Shown: piece after piece, positions 47,230 to 56,413 of the stretch
Numbering within the stretch: position 1 is the stretch's first letter
Layout of the letters: the number at the start of each line of letters is the position of its first letter
IMG/VR virus record: IMGVR_UViG_3300027834_000005
Coordinates: 1-64,000 of that record
Length of the DNA stretch: 64,000 nt
Strand: one strand, 5' to 3'
Made by a program: the position numbers and the translations under genes
The notes under the pieces: model-generated
Database searches by the model: none
Seen by the model: the letters and a program-made list of their open reading frames with translations, nothing else
What the model was told of the DNA's origin: nothing

Positions 47230-47499
47230 ATGACTACTGATACAACAGCAACAGACACACCTGAAACACCTGAAACACCTGAAACACCTGAAACACCTGA
47301 AACAATTAGCTTAGGCGCTTCAGACCTAGGTATGTACTTAAAAATCATCGAAGTAGCTTGTACCCGTGGTGCGTTCAGAGCTGAAGAGATGACTCAAATT
47401 GGTACAGCTCATGATAAGCTTAAAGCTTTCTTAGCTCAAATCACTCCAGCAGCACCAGAAGATGGTGAGGAAGGCGCAACAACTGAAGGTGATAAATAA
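47230..47499 (+). CDS. Hypothetical protein (probably clade-conserved) with TPE repeats
   Basis: IIEVACTRGAFRAEEM; AAGGA RBS. Confidence 0.8.
   Translation: MTTDTTATDTPETPETPETPETPETISLGASDLGMYLKIIEVACTRGAFRAEEMTQIGTAHDKLKAFLAQITPAAPEDGEEGATTEGDK
47257..47301 (+). repeat. 9-bp tandem repeat x5
   Basis: ACACCTGAA x5 encoding (TPE)5. Confidence 0.95.
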
Positions 47500-48209
47500 T
47501 GAATTTATCTACAGACGTACGTCGTCACACGGGCATTTTGGACTCTACCGGAAGTAGAATTTACCTTGTATTCAGAAAGATTCCAGGTGATGAAGAGAAC
47601 TGCTTAGTTATTATGGCTGATGCATTACCAGATCAAATCTCACAGAACTTAGAAGGCTTAGTGCTGAGCCGTGAAGGTCAAGGCACGTGCGACTTACATG
47701 AAGTGTTCCATAGACATAAGTTCAAAGACGGTTCTAATGTTCTTTTATCTCTGCATGAGCGTAAGCTTCTACAGAAGATGCCGGTTAGCGGAATCAGCAT
47801 GACTCCTCTAGCAGATAGAACTGTACCGTTATCTGTTATCAACCATGACATCGACTTTGGTACAGCAGTCGAAGACGACTCTAACGTGGTTGCTACTATG
47901 GACACAGCTTCTAATGTTCCTACTCCAGCACCTGTGAAAGCAGAAGCCGTAGTCGCAGTTGAAGAGGAAGCTGATCCTATGGATTCTATGACTGACGCTG
48001 AAAAAGCTAAGTATATGATGAAGATGTCTCAGGACCTTAAGAAGCAAGCGGAAGATCTTAAGAAACAAGCTCAAAAGCTTAACCCTAAGATCAAAGCTAA
48101 AGCAGGTCGCCCAGCAGAATCAGCATCTGATGCTGAAAAGAAAGCTAAGCGTAATGCGCAGAGACGCAAGTCTTATGCTGAGAAAAATGGAAAAAGTGGT
48201 AAGGCGTAA
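47499..48209 (+). CDS. Hypothetical protein (probably clade-conserved) with basic C-terminal tail
   Basis: LVFRKIPGDEENCLV; tail KAKAGRP...KAKRNAQRRK. Confidence 0.8.
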   Translation: MNLSTDVRRHTGILDSTGSRIYLVFRKIPGDEENCLVIMADALPDQISQNLEGLVLSREGQGTCDLHEVFHRHKFKDGSNVLLSLHERKLLQKMPVSGISMTPLADRTVPLSVINHDIDFGTAVEDDSNVVATMDTASNVPTPAPVKAEAVVAVEEEADPMDSMTDAEKAKYMMKMSQDLKKQAEDLKKQAQKLNPKIKAKAGRPAESASDAEKKAKRNAQRRKSYAEKNGKSGKA

Positions 48210-48244
48210 GTCTTACCCACCCATCTACACACAGAAACATTAAG

Positions 48245-48291
48245 AAACCTCCACCGATATGCTAAATACTATTATCGATGGGGGTTTTTTT
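48245..48291 (+). terminator. Terminator-like hairpin with CTAAATA in its loop, covering the next RBS
   Basis: AAACCTCCACCGATA pairs with TATCGATGGGGGTTT (14 of 15 pairs, one G-U); T-run; ATG at 48292. Confidence 0.65.
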
Positions 48292-48618
48292 ATGTCAAGT
48301 AATAATACAGACTTAGCTATACACGGTTCTAACTTGTTGGATTATATAGATATTCTTAGGAAGTTAGATTCATCTAGAGTGCCAGCCAAGTATGTTGAGA
48401 AGATCATAGTAACACTTAAAGATGAAAGTGTAGTAGAGTTGTCAGGCGAAGAGTTCTCGGAGCCATTGCCAGTAGAAGGCTTTATCCAATGGAATAAGAT
48501 AAAAGACATGTTCGATGGCGTTGCCAGTATGAAGATGCACCTCAACCTAGACCTAATAGAGATAGAACTAGAGAGAAAACTAGAAGACATTTATAGAGTG
48601 GCATACAGAGGTGAGTAG
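48292..48618 (+). CDS. Hypothetical protein
   Basis: ATG 48292 after the hairpin; VPAKYVEKIIV. Confidence 0.7.
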   Translation: MSSNNTDLAIHGSNLLDYIDILRKLDSSRVPAKYVEKIIVTLKDESVVELSGEEFSEPLPVEGFIQWNKIKDMFDGVASMKMHLNLDLIEIELERKLEDIYRVAYRGE

Positions 48619-48898
48619 TATTCTTTCTGAAGTGTGCGAAATAGCCAATTATATAAATGTAGACAGTCTTGTGACTGAATCCGGTGATGCACGCTTCGAT
48701 CATTACATAGCGTACCCTTCACGTAACATGATACCTACAATCTACGCTACGCGCATGAAACACATTTTCGACATAACATACGCTGACTCAGCTTCCGTTG
48801 GCTCAGTGTCAATCAGCGGCTATAACGACGCGGAACTTGGGTTCCTACTGAAGTTAGCCATCCCAGACAGTCACGTAATACCCCGCAAAACAATTTGA
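48611..48898 (+). CDS. EDxF-tag protein (divergent), array C
   Basis: YNDAELGFLLKLAIP. Confidence 0.55.
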   Translation: MSSILSEVCEIANYINVDSLVTESGDARFDHYIAYPSRNMIPTIYATRMKHIFDITYADSASVGSVSISGYNDAELGFLLKLAIPDSHVIPRKTI

Positions 48899-48923
48899 CA
48901 TTAGCCTGACAATCAGGTATCAT
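48895..48923 (+). promoter_or_regulatory. sigma70-type promoter heading array C
   Basis: TTGACA-N17-TATCAT. Confidence 0.75.
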
Positions 48924-48989
48924 TCTCCACTGTACTCATTGGAGATTTCCACGTGCCATCTCCATATCCATATACACGAAGGAAATAAG

Positions 48990-49631
48990 ATGTTTAGTCT
49001 AAAGAAACTTAAAGCGTTGAAAGGTACAGGCGAACGTATTGATTACCTAATTGATTGCGCAGCTAGACATTATGCAGACACTGCTTACATCATTGAGAAA
49101 AGCAGTCAAGGTGTTAGATTCAATAGTCAGTTCGGCAAGAAGATTTTCGAAGTGAAGATAGGTAACAGTAAAGTAAGAGAGATCGGTTACTACAAAGATC
49201 CTAAAAACTTTTCAGGTCTACGTGTATTGCAACTATCTAACAGCATGCACATCTGTATGGCTAAGACCTCTCTCGTTAATAGAAGGAACATGAAGCGTTA
49301 TACCCGAATATGCGGAAGATCATACATCACAGGGTTGAACATGAATGGCTTAGAGAAGACTTTTAGATTATACCATACGCATGGCGTGGTCAGAAAGAAA
49401 TTATTGTCTATAAGCATGCGCGTGGATTGTCATAAAAGCAGAACTACTAAGTATGAAAAGTACAGTAACTGCACTAAGCAGTTTGAAGTTATGTTTGACA
49501 GGAAAAAATACACCCATAGCCAATTCACTGCCGAGGAAAGATTTCATTTAAAACTCACTAACCCTGACTTGGTTATCATACCTCAAGTACACCTTGATAA
49601 GATTTTAGAGAAGGGTCAACTAAGTGCCTAA
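48990..49631 (+). CDS. EDxF-tag protein, basic internal-tag type
   Basis: FTAEERFHLKLTNP; AAGGA RBS before ATG 48990. Confidence 0.7.
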   Translation: MFSLKKLKALKGTGERIDYLIDCAARHYADTAYIIEKSSQGVRFNSQFGKKIFEVKIGNSKVREIGYYKDPKNFSGLRVLQLSNSMHICMAKTSLVNRRNMKRYTRICGRSYITGLNMNGLEKTFRLYHTHGVVRKKLLSISMRVDCHKSRTTKYEKYSNCTKQFEVMFDRKKYTHSQFTAEERFHLKLTNPDLVIIPQVHLDKILEKGQLSA

Positions 49632-50157
49632 AAATACTGATCTGTTCTGTAATACTGATTATATCTACATCGTCAATGATAAGGATAGAATCATCAGAGC
49701 CTATGTGGTTACGCCCATAGGAAGTATAAAATTATACAAGGTTGTTAAGTACCATGACATGTGGAGTAGCGGAATAGATTTCGAAAGAACCTACATCCGA
49801 GGAAATATCGTAACCCGTGAAATGTATTCCAAGACGGTTAAAGTATGTCTTAATACTAACTCTAACTCTGGTAAAATGTGCGTGCATTGGCATGAGTGGG
49901 ATGGCATGGAATTCAAAAGATGGAAATTATACGAGAGATACCCTTATAGTATTATAAAAACGGGTAATGATGAGCTTACTGAAGAAGATAAGTTCGAGTT
50001 GAACCTTCAGTATGGTTCCTCAAAATACCCAACATTAAAAATGGATGATGAGGTTAGAGAGAAAACTAATCTCATGTTCCCTTTGGATTTTTACGACAAT
50101 GATCTTGAGAGAATGAAAGAAATAAATCACGACTTTAACATGAGGTTTTTAGTATGA
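49624..50157 (+). CDS. EDxF-tag protein, internal-tag type
   Basis: LTEEDKFELNLQYG plus ~40 aa. Confidence 0.75.
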   Translation: MPKNTDLFCNTDYIYIVNDKDRIIRAYVVTPIGSIKLYKVVKYHDMWSSGIDFERTYIRGNIVTREMYSKTVKVCLNTNSNSGKMCVHWHEWDGMEFKRWKLYERYPYSIIKTGNDELTEEDKFELNLQYGSSKYPTLKMDDEVREKTNLMFPLDFYDNDLERMKEINHDFNMRFLV

Positions 50158-50741
50158 AATGGTATGCAAGATATTGGGCTTTGGACCAATCAGAAGCTGT
50201 AGCTCAATTCTATTCATATGGTTTCAATAATGGAGAATATGGATCGGATAGCATCGATAGCGTAACGTGGAATAAAAAAGGCCAAATGACGTCAATGACT
50301 GTGTACTTTGACGAGCAGCACAGAGAAACATATGAGATAGACGAAGACTCTGGTGAATGGCTATACACTATTAGTGTGTCAGGTAAAGAGAAGAAAAGCT
50401 CTATACGCATAATCAACAACATGGCAAAAGGTACATGGGAATACTACATTGTCAACGAGAGGATGGAATATATGTATCCTTTCGATGATTCTAAGGTGTC
50501 CACTAAGGTTGATAGGATTCTCAACGAAGAAGATTTAATGTACATAACCTTATCCCACGAGGGTGTGGCAATGATGAATTTCGACGTGTTCTCTTGGGGA
50601 TCTATAGATCCTTTCAGTATGAAGATGCCATCACGCTTTATTATGTGTGTTGATGCCACGCTTGATGCATTAACAGAGGCACTAGTATCATGTATACCTT
50701 CAATGATTAAGGACATATTCACCTACAAGTACGGGGAGTGA
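50154..50741 (+). CDS. EDxF-tag protein, internal-tag type
   Basis: LNEEDLMYITLSHEG plus extension. Confidence 0.7.
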   Translation: MKWYARYWALDQSEAVAQFYSYGFNNGEYGSDSIDSVTWNKKGQMTSMTVYFDEQHRETYEIDEDSGEWLYTISVSGKEKKSSIRIINNMAKGTWEYYIVNERMEYMYPFDDSKVSTKVDRILNEEDLMYITLSHEGVAMMNFDVFSWGSIDPFSMKMPSRFIMCVDATLDALTEALVSCIPSMIKDIFTYKYGE

Positions 50742-50744
50742 CAT

Positions 50745-51239
50745 GTGCGTATAATTAAATGTTGGAAGATAGCCTCCACAAGGTCAATATGCGTCTACAC
50801 TGACGAAGTTCATGTTTTCGTGTGTATGTATGCGGATGACATAATAACGACGATACAGCATTGGAAGTCCACTAAAGAGAAGAGCTACACTAGTTGTTAC
50901 CCTCTCAATGATGAATATCACGCATACGGTTATTTAGGTAACGTACAGACAGAGACCATAGTGGACATTGGCGGAGAAACAAGGTTCACCATAGCAAATA
51001 GCGAGAGTGATGAACCGCCTATAGCTTCTGGGTACAGTATAACGGACGAAGACAAGTTCGCCATTACACTTAGGCATGGTGCTATCTCATGGGCAGACTA
51101 CACTGCTATTAGTTATATTAGGGATGAAAAAATTCCAACCTCCATGCCTTTTCAGTATCGATTATGTATGATGGCTCACGTTACGCCTAAGTTACTTGCG
51201 GCGGACTTTATAAAAGATTTTTTTGACACATTGACATAA
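50745..51239 (+). CDS. EDxF-tag protein, internal-tag type
   Basis: ITDEDKFAITLRHG plus extension. Confidence 0.75.
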   Translation: MRIIKCWKIASTRSICVYTDEVHVFVCMYADDIITTIQHWKSTKEKSYTSCYPLNDEYHAYGYLGNVQTETIVDIGGETRFTIANSESDEPPIASGYSITDEDKFAITLRHGAISWADYTAISYIRDEKIPTSMPFQYRLCMMAHVTPKLLAADFIKDFFDTLT

Positions 51240-51259
51240 AACTTATAACGTGGTATTAT
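51231..51259 (+). promoter_or_regulatory. sigma70-type promoter
   Basis: TTGACA-N17-TATTAT. Confidence 0.7.
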
Positions 51260-51281
51260 AGACGTCCACCAAGGATTAATC

Positions 51282-51581
51282 ATGAACCTCATAAAGACTG
51301 AATACTCTAATTGCACATTTTACCTTGATGAAAGAAGTAAGAAGCAAGGTGAGTACATAGAAAGACACATGTGCAATGACTCGTTGTCAGTGAGATGCTT
51401 ATTCAAAGACAATAAACTCCACGGTGAGTATATTGAGTGGACGAGAAACGGCGAAGTTGTACATCATAAACTGTATGATGAAGGCAAGGTGAGCTGGTCT
51501 AACATGCATAACCTTACCAATGAAGATAGGTTTGAACTTGCCCTCAAAACATCATTGCCTTTTCTTAGTGGTACAGTGTAA
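51282..51581 (+). CDS. EDxF-tag protein, MORN/YwqK-like type
   Basis: KQGEY..LHGEY..NGE; tag LTNEDRFELALK. Confidence 0.8.
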   Translation: MNLIKTEYSNCTFYLDERSKKQGEYIERHMCNDSLSVRCLFKDNKLHGEYIEWTRNGEVVHHKLYDEGKVSWSNMHNLTNEDRFELALKTSLPFLSGTV

Positions 51582-51952
51582 TGGGTGCCTTAATATCTGA
51601 AAGGAATATCTGCGAAGGTGAGCTTCTTCTGTGTCCTAAATCTATGTCTGTATATGAAGTCATGACTATAAGTGATAAACGAGGGTACAGTGTGCATGGT
51701 AATAAGGAGATACGTATCCGACAAGTAGATGGTGGTAACACTAGCGATAGAACATCGTTCGGTCTATCTCATTCCTACCTTAGAAATCGACATGTAACCG
51801 AAGAAGCTAAATTCGCATTTATGCTTAGCGGAGACATCAAAGACCTACTTGTGGACGAAGACCTTAACGGTAATAACCTACAAAGAAGCAAACAACGTAT
51901 AGATGCATTACAGGATCTATGCGATAACTTCGGTAATGATGTGCGCAGATGA
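51581..51952 (+). CDS. EDxF-tag protein, array C
   Basis: Tag VTEEAKFAFMLSG. Confidence 0.8.
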   Translation: MGALISERNICEGELLLCPKSMSVYEVMTISDKRGYSVHGNKEIRIRQVDGGNTSDRTSFGLSHSYLRNRHVTEEAKFAFMLSGDIKDLLVDEDLNGNNLQRSKQRIDALQDLCDNFGNDVRR

Positions 51953-52260
51953 TAGATCCTGCAGATTACGAACATCTATTAGTAGATAAGGAAAATGTGA
52001 ATGATGGTTTACTATGCATTGATCCTTTAGTAGGTACAGTGTGCACAGTGCTTACGTGCGTAGACGTAGAAGAGGTAGAAATAGTACCCTCTGTCATGTG
52101 CTCTTCCATGGTAGTAACTGTGGACGCCAAAGGCGACATAGAAAATGTTTTACCTTTACATGTGTTCTGTATGAAGTTCGTTGATTTAACTGGTACTAGT
52201 GAAGAAGACATATTCGAGTACACACTAAGCGAAGACATAGAAAAACTGTTAGGTATATAA
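51949..52260 (+). CDS. EDxF-tag protein, array C
   Basis: Tag TSEEDIFEYTLSE. Confidence 0.8.
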   Translation: MIDPADYEHLLVDKENVNDGLLCIDPLVGTVCTVLTCVDVEEVEIVPSVMCSSMVVTVDAKGDIENVLPLHVFCMKFVDLTGTSEEDIFEYTLSEDIEKLLGI

Positions 52261-52272
52261 AGGAATATATGA

Positions 52273-52626
52273 ATGTTAACATGTGATGATTTAATAGTGG
52301 GTCAAGTACTTATTTGCGTACATGACGAATCAGACGAGAAGTGCTTGTCGTGGGAAGGAAGAGAGTACACGATTGCTAATGTAAGTTATGACTCAGGTGA
52401 GTGGTCGTGCTACATTTCAAATGAGGCTTGGACTATTGATCAACTCAATGGGCAAAAAAAATACAATGACAATGGGGATTTTCTAATATTCGCAGTGAAG
52501 AAAGATATACCCGAAGAAAATCTATTTGCGTATGAGCTGTCAAAAAACGTAAAAGATCTACAGTGCGGAATGGAAAACGTCATAGCGAATTCACGAGCCA
52601 AAATTAGACTTCAGGGGACGTTATGA
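52273..52626 (+). CDS. EDxF-tag protein, array C
   Basis: VGQVLICV; tag IPEENLFAYELSK. Confidence 0.8.
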   Translation: MLTCDDLIVGQVLICVHDESDEKCLSWEGREYTIANVSYDSGEWSCYISNEAWTIDQLNGQKKYNDNGDFLIFAVKKDIPEENLFAYELSKNVKDLQCGMENVIANSRAKIRLQGTL

Positions 52627-52973
52627 AGACCATAAAGAATATAACTTATGATAGTCTTAAAATAGGTGACATGCTATTTTGTGTGTTAGACCAAGATCTA
52701 CCTGAACAGAACTGGACTGGAAGAGAGCTTCTCGTTGTTAAAATGGAAAGATCTAATTACGTAAGTGTTAAGTCTATTGGTATCGTGGACGAATCTGGTG
52801 AAGAGGTAACATCTGCTTTACCTATAGGCATTTTACGTGGTGACAACGACTACGATGATGATTTCTTCATGCACGTTATAAAACGAGAAGATGTGTCTGA
52901 AGATGACATATTCTTAGGTAAGCTTTCTGGAAATTACGACCACGTAATAGAAAGAATAGACAAGGAGTCATAG
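52623..52973 (+). CDS. EDxF-tag protein, array C
   Basis: IGDMLFCV; tag VSEDDIFLGKLSG. Confidence 0.8.
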   Translation: MKTIKNITYDSLKIGDMLFCVLDQDLPEQNWTGRELLVVKMERSNYVSVKSIGIVDESGEEVTSALPIGILRGDNDYDDDFFMHVIKREDVSEDDIFLGKLSGNYDHVIERIDKES

Positions 52974-53321
52974 ATGTACATGTGCACGGAAAAAGACATG
53001 GAGCCAATGTCGGAATTTATTTGTCTGGTAGACACTGTAGCTATAGAAGAGGAAGGTGGCGCATTGACTGGTAGAGTATTGATCCTTGATTCGTTCTTAC
53101 CTGATCTCCAACCATGTGGCTGTAAGGGAACCTACAACTTCGAAGACGAAGAACTAAGTATAGGCGACAGTGGTTGTTTTTGTATATTACATGGCGTTAC
53201 AGAGCATGCACGTGGTGGACATTTCATAATGATGCCGGTAAGTAAGTTAGATGAAGCAGATAGATTCTTACTGAGTCTGTCTGGTAGCACAGAACACATA
53301 TTAAAAAAAGAGGCACCGTAG
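52974..53321 (+). CDS. EDxF-tag protein, array C
   Basis: Tag LDEADRFLLSLSG. Confidence 0.8.
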   Translation: MYMCTEKDMEPMSEFICLVDTVAIEEEGGALTGRVLILDSFLPDLQPCGCKGTYNFEDEELSIGDSGCFCILHGVTEHARGGHFIMMPVSKLDEADRFLLSLSGSTEHILKKEAP

Positions 53322-53323
53322 GG

Positions 53324-53746
53324 ATGACTAGATTACCCAACACAGAAGACATTGAGATAGGTAATAAATTTCTACTTCTTTGTCCTGAATCTACCGCAGG
53401 CGACATATATAAAGTGACAGCTGTGGCACATCCAAACTCACAAACACACCCTAACGGTTTCTTCGAGGGGGATGATGTAGACATTGACAAGGAAGTATTA
53501 TTAAATGAAAAGTATTGTTTCTTTAACGGTGGCAATAGAGAGTTTAATATTGGGATGATACGAGGTGAGATACCGTATTGCGATGATAGATACTTATTTG
53601 CTATTCCGCTAAACTCATTATCAGATGAAGATGTATTCCAGTACAAACTATCTGGTGAATGGGATCATCTACAGTATTTCTTAGGACATCATAAAAAATG
53701 GATTGAAGTGACAAATGACATGCTACTGGAACTTAACGGTGAGTAG
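53324..53746 (+). CDS. EDxF-tag protein, array C
   Basis: Tag LSDEDVFQYKLSG. Confidence 0.8.
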   Translation: MTRLPNTEDIEIGNKFLLLCPESTAGDIYKVTAVAHPNSQTHPNGFFEGDDVDIDKEVLLNEKYCFFNGGNREFNIGMIRGEIPYCDDRYLFAIPLNSLSDEDVFQYKLSGEWDHLQYFLGHHKKWIEVTNDMLLELNGE

Positions 53747-54056
53747 TTTTTTGTACGTAGACAAATACAAGGATGGTACTGTGTCTGAAGAAGTATTAGT
53801 AGTTGACGGTAAGAGACAAGGTTTATGTACAAGGTATTGCATGAACGGCAGAGTGATGGCGCACGAGAACTTCGTCAACGATGTGTTACATGGTGAAGCT
53901 AGGTTCTATAGTTCACTTGGCAAATTGAAATGGTGCGTGTTATTCGTAAGAGGCAAACCGGCAGTCAAGCAAGACCACCTTATGGATGATGTGGAGAAGT
54001 TTGAATATGCTTTAAAGTTCGAAGGGCTGTTATTTATAGAGGAAGACTTCAAATGA
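53715..54056 (+). CDS. EDxF-tag protein, MORN/YwqK-like type (start uncertain)
   Basis: GKRQG..LHGE; tag MDDVEKFEYALKFEG. Confidence 0.75.
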   Translation: MTCYWNLTVSSFLYVDKYKDGTVSEEVLVVDGKRQGLCTRYCMNGRVMAHENFVNDVLHGEARFYSSLGKLKWCVLFVRGKPAVKQDHLMDDVEKFEYALKFEGLLFIEEDFK

Positions 54057-54379
54057 AAGAAGTAAAACATGACGACTTAGTGAAAGACGTACATTGCATA
54101 TGTATAATGGATGAGTACCCATCTCAGTATAGCGAACACTTCACTGGAAGGAAGTTTGTATTGGAAGGCGTAATAAATGATGATGCAACTCTAGTGCCAA
54201 CCTACACGTTCAACATAGATGACTCGCCAGAAAAAGACTTGGTGAATTTAACGTTATCGGAAATTAATGGCCATAATAAGGTAGGCGGTAGTGCCATTAT
54301 TCTAGTACCAGAGAATTTCATAACGGATGAAGACATGTTTACATATAAGTTATCCGGTAACTTCGAGCACATACTATAA
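54053..54379 (+). CDS. EDxF-tag protein, array C
   Basis: Tag ITDEDMFTYKLSG. Confidence 0.8.
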   Translation: MKEVKHDDLVKDVHCICIMDEYPSQYSEHFTGRKFVLEGVINDDATLVPTYTFNIDDSPEKDLVNLTLSEINGHNKVGGSAIILVPENFITDEDMFTYKLSGNFEHIL

Positions 54380-54673
54380 ATGTCTAACTTACAACACATA
54401 GTGAATAATAAAATAGACTACTACTTGGATGATGAAGGCTTTCCGCAAGGAGTGTGTATTCTTTATTGTGGTACTGGGCAAATTGAAGTAATGCGAACGT
54501 ATAGAGACGGTAAGAAGCACGGTGAGTGTATAGAGTACAGTGGCACGGGTAAGGTAATCGCTCATAGAATATTCGTGGATGATGAACTTGTGGTAGGTAA
54601 CGCTGTTGGTATCACTGAAGAAGAAAAGTTTCATTATAGTTTAAAATATGGCATAACAGAATGGCTAAGCTAG
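54380..54673 (+). CDS. EDxF-tag protein, MORN/YwqK-like type
   Basis: PQG..GKKHGE; tag ITEEEKFHYSLKYG. Confidence 0.8.
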   Translation: MSNLQHIVNNKIDYYLDDEGFPQGVCILYCGTGQIEVMRTYRDGKKHGECIEYSGTGKVIAHRIFVDDELVVGNAVGITEEEKFHYSLKYGITEWLS

Positions 54674-54963
54674 TAGACGAGAATTTAATAATACACGATA
54701 ACATTACATGCATTAGTGACACGGACGAGAGCTTATCTTTAGTTGGAGACATATTCAATATAGTAGATATGCCCACACCATACAAGTACACGTTGATCAC
54801 TAGTGATCAACCACTTAGTGATATAACCTTGACTTTGTCTCAATTATTAGGTGAAAGGACATTCGGTATTGCCAGAATGAAGTTCGTTTATACTGACAGT
54901 ATAACAGACAAAGACAAATTTTTATGGAAGTTATCGGGCCACACTAATATGCCCTTAGAGTAA
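54661..54963 (+). CDS. EDxF-tag protein, array C
   Basis: Tag ITDKDKFLWKLSG. Confidence 0.8.
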   Translation: MAKLVDENLIIHDNITCISDTDESLSLVGDIFNIVDMPTPYKYTLITSDQPLSDITLTLSQLLGERTFGIARMKFVYTDSITDKDKFLWKLSGHTNMPLE

Positions 54964-54968
54964 TCATC

Positions 54969-55304
54969 ATGATTAGATTAATAACTAAAGAAGACCTAGA
55001 TGTTAATATTGACGGTAATGTCGAGTTCGTAATAGTATACGATACGTACCCAGAAGATTCGGAGAACAGATTCTTGAACACATGGGAGTTAGTTGGCCGA
55101 TCATCACATGATGGCGAGTATAAGTTCGCAGATATTAACGAAGGAAGGAATACGCAATTCTTACCTTTAGGAATACTGATCGGTGAACTAATCCCTCATA
55201 GCAATAGAGTAATCCAGTTGGTCCCTAAACATCTATTAACTGATGAAGACATGTTCGAACTCAAATTACGTGGAAATAATCCTTTGGTGAATGACAATGG
55301 CTAA
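54969..55304 (+). CDS. EDxF-tag protein, array C
   Basis: Tag LTDEDMFELKLRG. Confidence 0.8.
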   Translation: MIRLITKEDLDVNIDGNVEFVIVYDTYPEDSENRFLNTWELVGRSSHDGEYKFADINEGRNTQFLPLGILIGELIPHSNRVIQLVPKHLLTDEDMFELKLRGNNPLVNDNG

Positions 55305-55665
55305 ATATAGACCGTTAAGAAAAGATGATTTGGTAATTGGAGAAGACTTCCTATGCATAGTTGATGAGTGCAAAGATCCAAGAGGTTCATGGGCAGCAGA
55401 CTTACTCACACTAGATGAGGTAGACATTGACGGTGACCCAACATTCCGATCCCGTGATGGATACGTTACAGGTTTCGCAAGCCTTGACACCTTTAATGGA
55501 CTAACACATTATTACTCTGAATGTAGTGATGGTAGTGACAGATTCGTAATGGTATCACTGTCCTTACTTAAAGATGAAAGTGATTTCTTGGGAATACTAC
55601 AAGCCGACTACCGTGACATATCTGAATCGTTAGCAAAGCAGTGGAGAGAGCATGTTCAAGGATAA
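55291..55665 (+). CDS. EDxF-tag protein, array C
   Basis: IGEDFLCI; tag LKDESDFLGILQA. Confidence 0.75.
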   Translation: MTMAKYRPLRKDDLVIGEDFLCIVDECKDPRGSWAADLLTLDEVDIDGDPTFRSRDGYVTGFASLDTFNGLTHYYSECSDGSDRFVMVSLSLLKDESDFLGILQADYRDISESLAKQWREHVQG

Positions 55666-56041
55666 TCAATTCGGTAGTTTAATGCAAGACCATACTATGG
55701 TAGTAGGGGATAAGTTCCTCTGCTACTATGACCTGAACATGGTATATGACCGTAACCCTAACTCATGGTTCGGAAAGACATGCACCCTCACTGAGGTGAA
55801 GGATATGTTTTTTGAGACAGAGTTAAGCTTCTCATTGGATAATAACGGGTGCAAAACTTATGCGTCTGCACGTACGCTTGATGGCGTGATTGACGGTCAC
55901 GAAGATCTATTCCTCCTCATACCATTAGAACTTATAACACAGAACGAAGAAGATGCATTCTTCATCGCATTAAGTGACGACTGGAAGAAAGTAGCTAAAG
56001 AAATAAGAAAGCGTTACAAGTTATATAAGCTTCATTGTTGA
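55652..56041 (+). CDS. EDxF-tag protein, array C
   Basis: VGDKFLCY; tag QNEEDAFFIALSD. Confidence 0.8.
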   Translation: MFKDNQFGSLMQDHTMVVGDKFLCYYDLNMVYDRNPNSWFGKTCTLTEVKDMFFETELSFSLDNNGCKTYASARTLDGVIDGHEDLFLLIPLELITQNEEDAFFIALSDDWKKVAKEIRKRYKLYKLHC

Positions 56042-56066
56042 CTCCAATACTATTATGTTGTAAAAT
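56038..56066 (+). promoter_or_regulatory. sigma70-type promoter
   Basis: TTGACT-N17-TAAAAT. Confidence 0.65.
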
Positions 56067-56092
56067 GTCAGTATTAATACATAGGCACTTAC

Positions 56093-56413
56093 ATGATAGA
56101 ACTTATTAGTGAAAACTCCGTATCGGAAACCAACAAGTACTTAATCTCCTATGACTCATGGGAAGCCGTAAATGGAGAGCACGTAACTCTATTGCCACGT
56201 ACTGAATTTCCAACTCTAATATTTGAATTTGACCAAGATAAGATCACTGCGCCTGCTGTGCACATAAAGGTTGCCCGTGGTGAGAGACCACTAATTAATC
56301 ATTCTGCTAAAGGTGAAAGGATCATACAGTTCATCAGGACCGATACTTTGTCGGATGAAGATAAGTTCTTCATTAAAATGTCCGGTGGCTATAATGAGAA
56401 GATAGACGTATGA
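56093..56413 (+). CDS. EDxF-tag protein, array C
   Basis: Tag LSDEDKFFIKMSG. Confidence 0.8.
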   Translation: MIELISENSVSETNKYLISYDSWEAVNGEHVTLLPRTEFPTLIFEFDQDKITAPAVHIKVARGERPLINHSAKGERIIQFIRTDTLSDEDKFFIKMSGGYNEKIDV

